Positions 23,895 through 34,600 of a stretch of DNA of 64,000 nucleotides are shown piece after piece (the first letter of the stretch is position 1; every line of letters begins with the position of its first letter). A model generated the notes under the pieces. It saw only the letters and a program-made list of their open reading frames with translations. It did not search any database and was not told where the DNA came from. A program made the translations under genes and the position numbers. The DNA is taken from assembly GCA_024704765.1 (NCBI GenBank), contig JAKMXF010000055.1, positions 256,353 to 320,352 of the forward strand, read 5' to 3'. The DNA is from Oopsacas minuta. Its lineage: Eukaryota > Animalia > Porifera.

Positions 23895-24303
23895 CAGGGG
23901 CGGCGCCAGCTTTTTCATCAGGGGTCGCATAGGGGTCGCATAGGGGTGGCAGAGCATCTGGCAGGGGTCGCAGAATAAGGAAAGGAAACTCAAAAATGTC
24001 TCATTTTTTAGATTGTATCCATAACCAACATGGTATGTTTGGAATCTAAAACCGACTTTAATGTTGAAATTATGATTTTCTTCTGATTAATATTATTTAT
24101 TCGTTTTTGTTAGTACCTTTAGTATCCAAAATGAGTGACATTCCTCCCGCAGCTACTAAACGTCATAGAACTGAAGCTCCTGGCCCAGATGATCTGTCCT
24201 CTTGCGCAGATGAGAAGCCCACCCAGCCCAAATTGCATTCTTTTCCTTTGTTTGGCACCACTGGCCGCCGCTTCAATCCTGACTGGTATGGAATGTTTCA
24301 GTG
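23895..24303 (+). mobile_element. 5' end of a ZMYM1-like hAT transposon (TIR plus N-terminal TTF-zinc-finger half)
   Basis: TIR CAGGGGCGGCGCCAG at 23895; MSDIPP..PTQPKLHSFPLFGTTGRRFNPDWYGMFQ, cut at about 24303. Confidence 0.8.
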
Positions 24304-24537
24304 TTTGTAAGATTCTTTCTCAAAGGTTGATTTGCTGAATTTACATATTCACCGTGGGCATTGTACAAAGATGGAGTCAGATAGAATGAGAATATTCTCT
24401 GGATACTTCGTTTCTTCATCTTCTAGGGATTGAATCCACTCTCCATTTCCAGAGAATATCTGAACTCTGTTAAGCCCCCAATCAGCTACATATATTCTAT
24501 CATTGATAGAATCTATAGCTACACCAGATGGATTATA

Positions 24538-25851
24538 CCAGGTTGTCCAAAAAGTTCGCGGAATTTTATCCCTAGTTTGTGTTATATACACTCTATCAAT
24601 TAGCCTATTGTTTCGATTAATTCTAATAATCCCTTATCTCAATTATCCTAACTTTTGTAATCAAAAAGTTTGGTTTAGGTATTCTTTTAGCATCATTTAC
24701 GATTGTCGTATTTTTTTCTATAATGGAAAACTCAGAAGATGGGAAACGATATATCATTTGGTTTCTCTGGAAACAAAATATAAGTGGAAGCGAGATTCTC
24801 TACGAGATGGAAAAGGTTTATGGTAGTAAATGCCCTGGTAAATCGATGGTTTACAAATGGATTGACAGATTTAATGATGGGCATTCAACTGTTGATGATT
24901 ACCCAAGACCTGGTCGTCCGAAAACATGTTCCAACCAAGAAAATATCAAAATTATATCAAACTTTCTTGATAAAGATAGACGTGTGACTCTGCGTCAGTT
25001 AGAGGAAGAATTGGGGATGTCAAAATCAATACTTGATAAGATTCTAACTGAACAATTGGGAATGTCGAGAGTTCTTTCTCGTTGGGTTCCCAAATTGTTA
25101 TCTGAATCTCAAAGGATTGAAAGGGTTCGTGTTTGTCGCCAGCTCTTACGGATTTCTAAGAAGGAGCCAAGGTTCTTTGATCGTTTAGTCACAGGGGACG
25201 AGACTTGGTTACATTTTTATGAGCCTAAGACAAGTTTACAGACGAGTCAATGGAAGCGTAGGCATGAAGCAACTCCTATTAGACCCAGAGCCGTCGCATC
25301 AGCAGGTAAACGGATGGCAACAGTTTTTTGGGACACAAAGGGAATAATCATGATTGATTGGTTACCTAACAAAGTAACAATAAATACTGAATACTATGTT
25401 CAAGTTCTGAAGAAATTGCGCGAAGCTATCAAGTCTAAGAGGCGTGGCAAGTTGAGTTCTCATGTTTTGCTTCAGCATGATAATGCTCCAGTCCATACCA
25501 GCAGGCGAACTTTGGATGAAATTCAACATTTAGGGTTCGAATTACTCCCACATCCCCCATACAGCCCAGATCTAGCGCCCAGCGACTACTGGCTTTTTTC
25601 AGAAATGAAAAGACCACTTAGAGGTAAACGTTTCAGCGATTTTGAGCACCTTAGGTCCGCTGTTAATTCATGGATTCAAGGTACCCCTGAAAAATTCTTC
25701 ACCACAGGAATAAATAAACTCCCATCAAAATGGAAGAAATTTATCGAGGTTAAGGGTGAATTTATTGAAAACTATGAACAATAATTAGTTGAGTATGATC
25801 ATTGATAAATAAAATATATTTGCAATTCCGCGAACCTTTTGGACAACCTAG
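24538..25851 (+). mobile_element. mariner transposon, full length
   Basis: About 28-bp TIRs C(C/T)AGGTTGTCCAAAA(A/G)GTTCGCGGAATT; TA duplication on both sides. Confidence 0.97.
24723..25784 (+). CDS. mariner DD34D transposase, intact 353 aa
   Basis: HTH region, WVPK, GDETW, HDNA and YSPDLAPSDY, with 34 residues between the second and third Asp. Confidence 0.97.
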   Translation: MENSEDGKRYIIWFLWKQNISGSEILYEMEKVYGSKCPGKSMVYKWIDRFNDGHSTVDDYPRPGRPKTCSNQENIKIISNFLDKDRRVTLRQLEEELGMSKSILDKILTEQLGMSRVLSRWVPKLLSESQRIERVRVCRQLLRISKKEPRFFDRLVTGDETWLHFYEPKTSLQTSQWKRRHEATPIRPRAVASAGKRMATVFWDTKGIIMIDWLPNKVTINTEYYVQVLKKLREAIKSKRRGKLSSHVLLQHDNAPVHTSRRTLDEIQHLGFELLPHPPYSPDLAPSDYWLFSEMKRPLRGKRFSDFEHLRSAVNSWIQGTPEKFFTTGINKLPSKWKKFIEVKGEFIENYEQ

Positions 25852-27117
25852 TATACCTGATCATTTAGCTTGCCTTTATCTCCAAAACTCGACTTGAGTG
25901 TAATATGAATGTCTTCTCCAAACTTCACAATTCTCTGTCCAACATGTACACAGTGAATTGATACTCTCCCTAAACTCATTAACTTTCCATCTCAAGTTCA
26001 CGTAAGGAATATCAATATTCATTCCTCTTTTCACAGATTCTATAGATTCATTGATTTGGTCGAAACAGGGAATTTGGTTCAATTCTTTGAAGATCTTCCC
26101 CATCTCTGCTGCTATCAATCACCTCTCTCAGCATATTCATTCTGTCCTGTAGCTTGTTGCTGACAGGCATCAAGCTAACAGGTCCAGGGCTGGAATTTCA
26201 TGTATCAATGCAGTTGCCATTATCACTTATATTTCAGTTTAATGCTAGTACTATTATAATATAGAACTATATAAAGTGGCTTATACATATCCGTATAGAG
26301 TATATATCTATTACAAGTATACGTAACATATAATGTATGTCTAAATATATCTCATATAATATTAGACACACGATTCTTATGGAATAGATTTCAATTGTAA
26401 ACTCTCGTTATAGCGAAGTGCTCATGCTCGGGACACCTGCTTCATTTCGTGGTAAGTGGAGTAAAATCAATTACGTACTTCCAAGCTATAGGGCAGGGGT
26501 AGAATTCCCCACATATAGAGGTAAATGATGTGGGGCATAAAGTATGCCCCATGGCCACTCCCCGCTTATAGAGCTTCCCATATTTCACGTCATTTCAAGT
26601 CAGTGAGTTTCCGTTTTTGCGATGCATTATTTACAGTAAATTGTTTCGCAGATTTACTATTATTCTATTCTACACTTGAGTTGTATTAACCCCTCATAAT
26701 CAAATACATATATACGTATATTATACTCGTTATTTCATTCTGGATGCAATTGATTGAATCCACATGAAATCAACCACATTGTCATATTTGAAATAACTTT
26801 CTTCTGCATATATACTGAATCGATCAAACCCTCATGCGGAATCACTCAAAAATGCATGCGAGATCACCTAACCCGTATGCGGATTGACGAATTTAAATTA
26901 TCCATTGTGAATTTGAAAAACATTTTATTCATAAATATAATATCAATAATTATAGCTTTGTTAAGATATAGGGAAAGATTCTCAATTATTACGGCTCCTA
27001 AATATAATTTCAGCAAAAATCAAACCCTTGGAGGAGCGTCCGGCGCTCCTAGATAATTGCCAGGTACATTTGGTCCAGTCATACTAATTTGCAAAACTAA
27101 CCTAAAGCACATATTAT

Positions 27118-27269
27118 CAGGGCTCTCAACTCTCAAGATTTCGTTCTAAAATACTATAAAATCCCTGGTCTTTTCATGGAAAACTAATAGTAAATTGAAC
27201 ATCCCACGATAGAATCATGAAATTTTTGACGAATCTCACGATTTTGAAGGTTCCAGGTTGAGAGCCCTG
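27118..27269. mobile_element. MITE with CAGGGCTCTCAAC termini
   Basis: 13-bp perfect TIR; flanked by 7-bp direct repeat ATATTAT. Confidence 0.75.
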
Positions 27270-28209
27270 ATATTATACCACTATCCTGGAATATTATATA
27301 TCTGTGTACTTTGTCCTATCCGGTAGAGTTGCGGTGGGAAAGGAATTTCAATCCCCATTCCCACTGGATTTCTGTGGGAATTCCCATAGGATTTCATAAG
27401 GAATTTCAGAATTCCTATAGGATAATTACGATTCCCATTCCAACGGCAACCCTGCCTGTCCCAGAGTATACCCTCCAGTATGAACAGAACTGGACTAGCC
27501 TAGTGAAATAAACTGAGACAACGATCTGGCATACTATTTCAGTTATAATAATAGATCAGAGTGTGTAGGCCTAATATTTAAATTTTATGTTTTGGGAACA
27601 TTTGTTTGTCGTAAAACCACCGGCTTAAACTTCGTCAAAACACACGAGGTGCCACGACACTGTTCATTCCCTAGTTATATATTTTTCTGAATAAATATTT
27701 CATTTTGTGATACACTTGACTAATCACAGCTTGTTGATGAATTCGTAATGAGGAATGAGCAACTCCAGGCAAGATTTGCTCTTGGGATGACAACAGACAC
27801 TAAAACTAGGAAACCTTACTTGTCTTAATTTTTTGTTAAGAGAAAATTTTTCGGTCACCACCTGGTAAATTGAGTTTGTGGGGTTAGTTCGGTTTGAAAA
27901 TGCCAAGGTGCCAGACACCTTTGGCACCATGGCATCACAGCCGCCAGGGTGCTAGGCCCCTGCCTAAACCGCCCAGCGTCATCACAGTCACACTGATGTT
28001 CGTTCAGTTCACGGACTAGTCTACGTTAGATAATTTCCAGTTCCTAGGGGTATCCGTGGGTCAGGCGTCCAATACATTATCCGTGTGCGTGTAGCGAAGT
28101 GTCCATAGCTAACTGTCCGTATCCCTAACCTAAATACGACACCTTTAATAGTGCCGCTTTAAAGGTTCTCTTCATTTCTAACTCTGTAATTATAATTAGT
28201 ACCTGTTTT

Positions 28210-28530
28210 ATGTCGAAAACTAAAGATAATCAATCAGCAAAAGAAAATTCACAGAATCTAGACTCTGATGCTGGCGAGGTTCAACCTAGTAAGATCTCTA
28301 GATTGGCTAGTTCTCGTTTTCTTGATATAAGCTTGCTGGATGAAGAAGACAAATTTGAGGAATTCTCTGAAGAAAATTGGCATGACAATTGCAATGAAGT
28401 TTCACCTTTGTTATCAGAAAAATCAATTGAAAATTCAAATATACGTTTCTGGGAAGAAGATTGGACTGATCTAGGAATTGATTCGAAGTTTAGCCAGATA
28501 TACCAACAAGTTGCTTTGGATGCGGTATAA
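28210..28530 (+). CDS. SEM1: DSS1/SEM1-like acidic protein (26S proteasome lid / TREX-2 / BRCA2 partner family), divergent
   Basis: LLDEEDKFEEFSEENW and FWEEDW..DSKFSQ match the two conserved DSS1 blocks (LEEDDEFEEF..W and WEDNWDD..DDFS.Q). Confidence 0.75.
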   Translation: MSKTKDNQSAKENSQNLDSDAGEVQPSKISRLASSRFLDISLLDEEDKFEEFSEENWHDNCNEVSPLLSEKSIENSNIRFWEEDWTDLGIDSKFSQIYQQVALDAV

Positions 28531-30419
28531 TAATCCGATTTGACTTTGCCATTTTGCCTAGTTGATGTTATGATTTCAATTTATTATACATCTGTTGAGT
28601 TAAAATATAGTTAGGCAAGCTTATTTATAATACTATTAAGTTTGGTGCTAGAGTGTCTGCCACGGTTTATAAAATACCAGTCATTCATTATCGAAATGTT
28701 AATCAATATTCATAGGATATTAGAATGTCCGCCAATTATTGGGCCACGAATTGTATTATTTGTATATCAATAATTTATGGTATATTGGGTGAATATTTAT
28801 TATTAATTAATACAATCCTGTGAAAATTATTAATGTTTTTGGGAAGATAAAGTAAACAAATTATCTAATCTCGTAATATACATCGAGACCTTCTCTAAAC
28901 ACCGCACAGAGATAACGCAGTAGGCTGATTCCGAATTTCACATTGCAAGTTTCTCATACATTGATAGATACAATATCTAACAATTTTGGGTAATAATGCC
29001 ATATATTTACTCAATTCGAGGTGCTAAGTACTGAGCATAGGCGGCCACGTGATTTTTGCAAGCCGCGGAATAGCGAGGGTCTACTGATCAAAGTTATTTG
29101 AAGTAAAAGCATATTGGGGTATAAATAATTATACGTATACGAAAGGTTAATCTTGTGATGAATCATGTGTATATAAAGAATATGTCAAAATTAGTACTAT
29201 CCATTGAAACGAAATTGCTGGCATCGTTTTGGTATCTACGTTATAAAAGGTCTGAAATGTAAAAAGGGGCTACTTTGGTCCATAGGGTTGACTTTAGCCC
29301 AAATATTGAGGTTTTCTTGAAATATCGTATGAGCCGTTATTCGATTTCAAAATGACCAAGCATATTTTAAAATTTGATGAAAATAATGCCTTGTCATTTT
29401 AAAGCAGTGGCGGCGCTAGGCTGACGCCCCTGATAGGGCTCATAAGGGCTGAGTTTATCTTTATAGGCTGACTTAACTAGCTAACCTGTTTTTAATAACC
29501 ATCTTAACTGAATACTGTTGGGGAAATGTGTAATTTTATGACGTCAAAAAGGTGCTAAAATCTCGATTTGGTGAGGGAATTGGTTAAAACGAAGTGGGAA
29601 AAGTTTCTAATATGTATCCTTATATCATCAAATCTAGATAATAGGATTATGGGATCAATAATTATTCAGGGAAATATTTAATATCAGAGCGGGCTTCGCT
29701 AGCTCCCGCTGCGAACCTCGTTAGCCCGAACAAATTCACTAATCCTAACTAAATATTTTTCAATTGGGACACTGCTGTCCGGATTGCGAGGATGTACTGT
29801 GGTTTGGTTCTAATCAGGGGCGTACCCAGGGGGGCGAAACTCTCTAGGGGTGCCTCTCTTAGGGTGCTGCACTTTAGATTTATCTCAACCCCTCGCTTTC
29901 TTATTTACGTACAATTAATTAATTACCCTTAACTAGATGTCTACCTAACCTCATTGAAGGTTAGCTAGATTTGTACTGCTTTGTTTTCATGTAGTTTTGG
30001 TGATTGTTGAACTGCTGAATTGTTCCTAATTTACCTTGGAGTTGCAACTTCAAATCTAGTATATCCAAATTTAGTCAGGAGTGTGAAGTGGCTTTGTATT
30101 CGACCCAGCACACTTCAGATCAATTTTTAATAAGCTTCCCTGTCATCTGATATACCAAATTTGGTAGTAAACGAAAGAGAAGACAACAAGGTTTCATTAC
30201 ATGTGAAAGGTATTTGAAAATAATAATTTTTTCACAAATTTTTCATAAAATCATTTCAAGCACACTTGAAATCTATTTTTTAATACACTTCCCGTCATCC
30301 ATCTACTAAATTATGTATTGTTTTAATCAAAGAATAGTTTTCGGCACATTGCGGCCACCATAATGGAGTATCGGGATCCAATAACATCTACCTCAGTTTA
30401 GCGTCCACCTGCATATACA

Positions 30420-31400
30420 ACCATAGTAATCATAGTCTAGAGAAAATTTGGACTAGGGACAGCTATATATAACAAGGAATTTTATACGGAATCCTATTAT
30501 TTCCTGTAGTATCAAAATGGTACACTTTTGCCCTACTAAATGTATTAGTGATATTTAACCATACACACAATCAATATCTAAAAATATTTTCAGGACGAAG
30601 TGACGTCACCAGATTGCTTACAAGACAATTTTGTTACCAAAAATGTCCCCTTTGGAAGCTCTGTAAAGAGTCTATTATTGCACATTATATTACGAAATTT
30701 TACCATGGGATTTCGGCCATCATTTTTTGTTCCTTACTGGCGCTAAAATGTCTATAGCGGCCACATGTATATACGGCCACTTTTGGCCAGTCCCTTCGGT
30801 GGTCGTTATAGACAAGTTTGACTGTAGTATATACCCGACTTCTCATACCCTGATAATATATTTTGATATGATATCTCCAAAGAATTTTGCGCAGACATCA
30901 ATAATACCATATATGGTCCTTTTCAAGATTGCGTCATAATCATTAGAGAAATCATATCAAAATGTATTAACAGTGTATGGGCATTCGGGTATATGCTATT
31001 TGATGCAAGATGATTTGGCCATAGCATTGAAGGTTATCAAGTTATATCACTCTGAAATTGGCGAACTCTATCATGACAAATTTTTGATATTTGTATGAAA
31101 ACATCCTAAAATCCCATGGCAAATTTTGTAATAAATAAGCAATAATAATCTCTTTACTGAGCTTCCAGATATGGCATTTTTGTAATAAAATTGTCTAAAA
31201 AGCAATCTGGTGACGTCATTTCGTACTGAAAATTGGATTGCGTGTATAGTTAAATATCACTAAGACATTTAGTCAGGCAAAAGTGTACCATTTTGATACT
31301 AAAGGAAATAATAGGATTTCCTATATAAATTAGTGCAATATATCGCTCCAAATTTTCAATGGACTTTCATTGCCTTAGGCTTAGTGTATAGAATGCTATG
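30420..31400. mobile_element. Fold-back non-autonomous element of the CATAGCATTC P family with nested MITEs
   Basis: About 30470..30715 is inverted relative to about 31105..31330. Right terminus ...GTGTATAGAATGCTATG ends at 31400; the left terminus is degraded. Internal MITE near 30830..30995. Confidence 0.55.
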
Positions 31401-31947
31401 ATTCAATCATCTTTAATAAGTTCAAAATAACAAAAGAAATAATACAAATCATACTTTACAAGTTTTCAATTAAGTATAAGAAAAATTCATAAGTAATATA
31501 ATTTGTTGTAAAGTTGATTTTTAGAATTGTTGATATGGTTATTGATTATAAGTATAATATTGAGTAAAAATCACATGTCCTGAAATTTCGTTGTCTGCTC
31601 TTACGAATAATACCATGGATGACGGTCGGTTGATGGGAAGTGTATCAAAAATTTATTTCGAGCGTACTTCACACTCGTAATTTAGTCTGGGTGGGTAGAT
31701 TGGGGGTAATACCGATTGAATAATAGTAGTGAAGAACATATTCCGATTCTACCATTGTTGCATATTAGAATGCTATAATGGATGCTAAACACAGTTTTCC
31801 AAAATCAGATAAAATGTCATTAACCCAATCTATGGTACATTGAATGTCATAGTGATTAATTATAGTCTTGCCTTCCGTGAATTTGTCGTTTTTGCTGCAA
31901 TTTCTGGAACTTCATTCCTGCAAAAGGCGAGGGATTCCTGTATATAC

Positions 31948-32067
31948 CAAGGTTGAAACCGATCGAACCGAATATCAGGGTTCATATAGTTGCTTGACCG
32001 AATAATGCTATTCGCTTGGCAACCAAATATTGAACTATTCGCGAAATATTATTCGGTTGCAACCTTG
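31948..32067. mobile_element. 120-bp hAT MITE
   Basis: TIR CAAGGTTG(A/C)AACCGA; perfect 8-bp TSD GTATATAC. Confidence 0.85.
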
Positions 32068-32215
32068 GTATATACGTACTTACAGCTGACACCACATCCC
32101 TGGTACTTTACTGTGCCCGGGATATATAATACAAGAATCTCATAATCAACTTTCCACAAATCACCTTTATTTGATTTAGATTAATATACATTTAGCGGTC
32201 TATACTTTACCAAAC

Positions 32216-33163
32216 ATGTTCAAGAATTCGATAAGAAGAAAGAAAAAATTCAATTTTCAGGTGAAGCTAACAATTGAAGAATTACTCTCCATACCATTCC
32301 TATCGAGTTTAATCTATGTTAAAGTCAAGCTTTTATCTTCCCTTTCTGCATTTAGTTACCAAACAAAGAAATATGAGGTGTCAAATCATACAGTACGTAT
32401 TTATGAACATTTATCATTTGACTCTAAAACATTAGCCAAATCTGATGGAGTTATTCAACCACTTTTGTTACATATATCTATCCGTCGTGAAATGATGGGC
32501 GGTAAATCTTATGAGAAACTTGGGTATGTAAATATCGACCTTACTCAGTATGCTGGTTCTGGAATTTCATCTCAACATTACTTATTGCAAAATTCACATT
32601 CTCGCAGTATCAATTCCATTCTCAAAGTAAGAATCTTTCTCCAACAAATCAGTGGTGATCCTTGTTATAAAGTTTGTGTGCCTAAACCCTTACCAGTTCC
32701 GCGAACTATAGAAGATAATTCAGTAATTAGTTGGGATATATTTAGCCCCACCTCTATTACAGACTCAAGCCAACCTTTTCAGCTCAACAACACATATAAT
32801 TCCATTATTCCAGAACATCAAACTAATTTGAATTCTGGAATACAAAGCGCAGATGAGCCAACACTAAGTTCAAAGGATTCAAATATTTCTACTTTTCCTA
32901 TTAAAATTCAATACCCTATCATACATTCTGAATTTGACACTATACCTATTCGAACCAAGCGTTTATCAACTATCGATCATCCTTCTGAAAGAGTTTATTT
33001 ATCTAGAATAAGTGCTGAAAACGTGGTAGAGCAAATCTTCAGTAGAGAAACCCCCCAATATATGACCTGCTCTCCTCAATATGTTTCTAAGTGCTTGCTA
33101 AATCTCGACAAAACAGGTACACTCACTCTTATCAGTACTAAAAATGAAAGTATATTGAGTTAA
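32216..33163 (+). CDS. EEIG1: EEIG1/FAM102 family NT-C2 domain protein, intronless
   Basis: RKKKFNFQV..EELLSIPF, RREMMGGKSYEKLGYVNIDL..YAG, NSILKV; C-terminal SRISAENVVEQI block. Confidence 0.88.
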   Translation: MFKNSIRRKKKFNFQVKLTIEELLSIPFLSSLIYVKVKLLSSLSAFSYQTKKYEVSNHTVRIYEHLSFDSKTLAKSDGVIQPLLLHISIRREMMGGKSYEKLGYVNIDLTQYAGSGISSQHYLLQNSHSRSINSILKVRIFLQQISGDPCYKVCVPKPLPVPRTIEDNSVISWDIFSPTSITDSSQPFQLNNTYNSIIPEHQTNLNSGIQSADEPTLSSKDSNISTFPIKIQYPIIHSEFDTIPIRTKRLSTIDHPSERVYLSRISAENVVEQIFSRETPQYMTCSPQYVSKCLLNLDKTGTLTLISTKNESILS

Positions 33164-33344
33164 TGCCTTTAATGTTTTATTACAAACTTACAGATTATTC
33201 AGATTATTGTATTGTAAAAATTCTATATATTCCTGCCTTTACAACTATTATTATTATTAGATGAAACTAGTGACTTTACTATTGTTAATTGAATGTGGTG
33301 GGAACATTTATCTATGATTAAAGTTTAAACAAGTTTATCCGTTA

Positions 33345-33486
33345 AAGTGGATGTCGGTATAAACACCCGCTATAAGAACATGCTGGAATTAAGCACTGTT
33401 CTATGAGAACCGATTCTCATTTATTCCTATATATTATGCCGGTTATAAAGACATGTATTGCTACTCCTTATAACCGGCATCCACTG
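33345..33486. mobile_element. Tc1/mariner-pogo type MITE, same family as 7047..7206
   Basis: Termini (C/A)AGTGGATG(T/C)CGGT, TA flanks, shared internal sequence. Confidence 0.6.
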
Positions 33487-34600
33487 TATATATGCAAACA
33501 TTCATAACCGAGAAGTTATCAACAAAATTTAGTTTATTAAAGCATGGCCTACTATACATAAGGCCTCGCAACTTCTTTAGGATTTTAAGCTAGGGATGAA
33601 CGTATTGACCGAAGTATCTGCATGTAGTTTCTATATTTTAGAACTGCCTCATTTTTGCCCGAATAAATGTATTACATATATGTATAACAACAAATATAAG
33701 GCATTATACGCTAAAAAGTTTCCGGAATGTTGCAAAATATACATGTCTATTAAGCATTTATTTGTTAAATTATGTCATTCTTTGATGCCTTGAAGAAGGT
33801 TAATATCGTATCTATCATTTCCAAGTGAATCTATCAAATGATTTATAGATACTTTTATACTAAATATCGAAAAACTTGAATACAAAAGTTGGCTTACAGT
33901 AGATACCATGGATCATTCATTTTATGAAAGTTCAATTACAACTCTATATTCATTAAAATTATTTTAAAATCAGGATAGCCAATTTGTAGTAAATTTCTCA
34001 CTCCCCATATCCTTGTTATCCTTTTGATGTAATATCTCTACACATCTTGCGTGATGTTAAAAATGACCATATATGGGTACGTACATAGACGTCCTTATTA
34101 TTTTTGTTTACTATATACAAATACTTCGGTCGACATGTACATCCCTAGTTCAAAATCATAAAGGAATTCTGAGGCCTTACCGCCCTTACGCTATAATTAA
34201 AGCTATTTATGTGTACACAATAAAAATTCAAATAGCTAATCAATCTCAGGCTGGACAGTTTCTAAAGAGCAGAGAGTTAAAGGCGCGCTCATATTTAAGG
34301 AGCAGGACCTGGAGTGGCGCTCCATTTTTGAAGGAGCGCGGTCCTATTTAATTACAAAAAATTTACAAAATTCATTGTTATTCTTCATAAAAGTCAGTAT
34401 TCTTGTTATAAAAAGTGGATGCTGCGACACATTGTATAATTCACAATTTATTGGAATGGTTTGATATATCGAATATGCTAAATCTAATTTACACACATTT
34501 GAATTAATCATTTGTAAATGTATTTGTTGTTTTTATCAATATAAACAAATAATCGAAGTCTCAAAATAGGAGATTTTGACATTTTTAGACTTGTATATAT

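Larger units (their letters stand above)
24304..26200 (-). pseudogene. NHL-repeat gene, N-terminal and central fragment, interrupted by mariner
   Basis: Removing the mariner and one TA restores GKLNDQVYNPSGVAIDSINDRIYVADWGLNRVQIFS. Upstream 25876..26118 continues with frameshifts. Confidence 0.85.

Noticed and set aside
17305-28530. Functional ubiquitin cluster (RING, OTU, NHL/TRIM-like, SEM1)
   Set aside because: Three of the four are broken or transposon-borne, and they were juxtaposed by rearrangement; there is no evidence of co-regulation.
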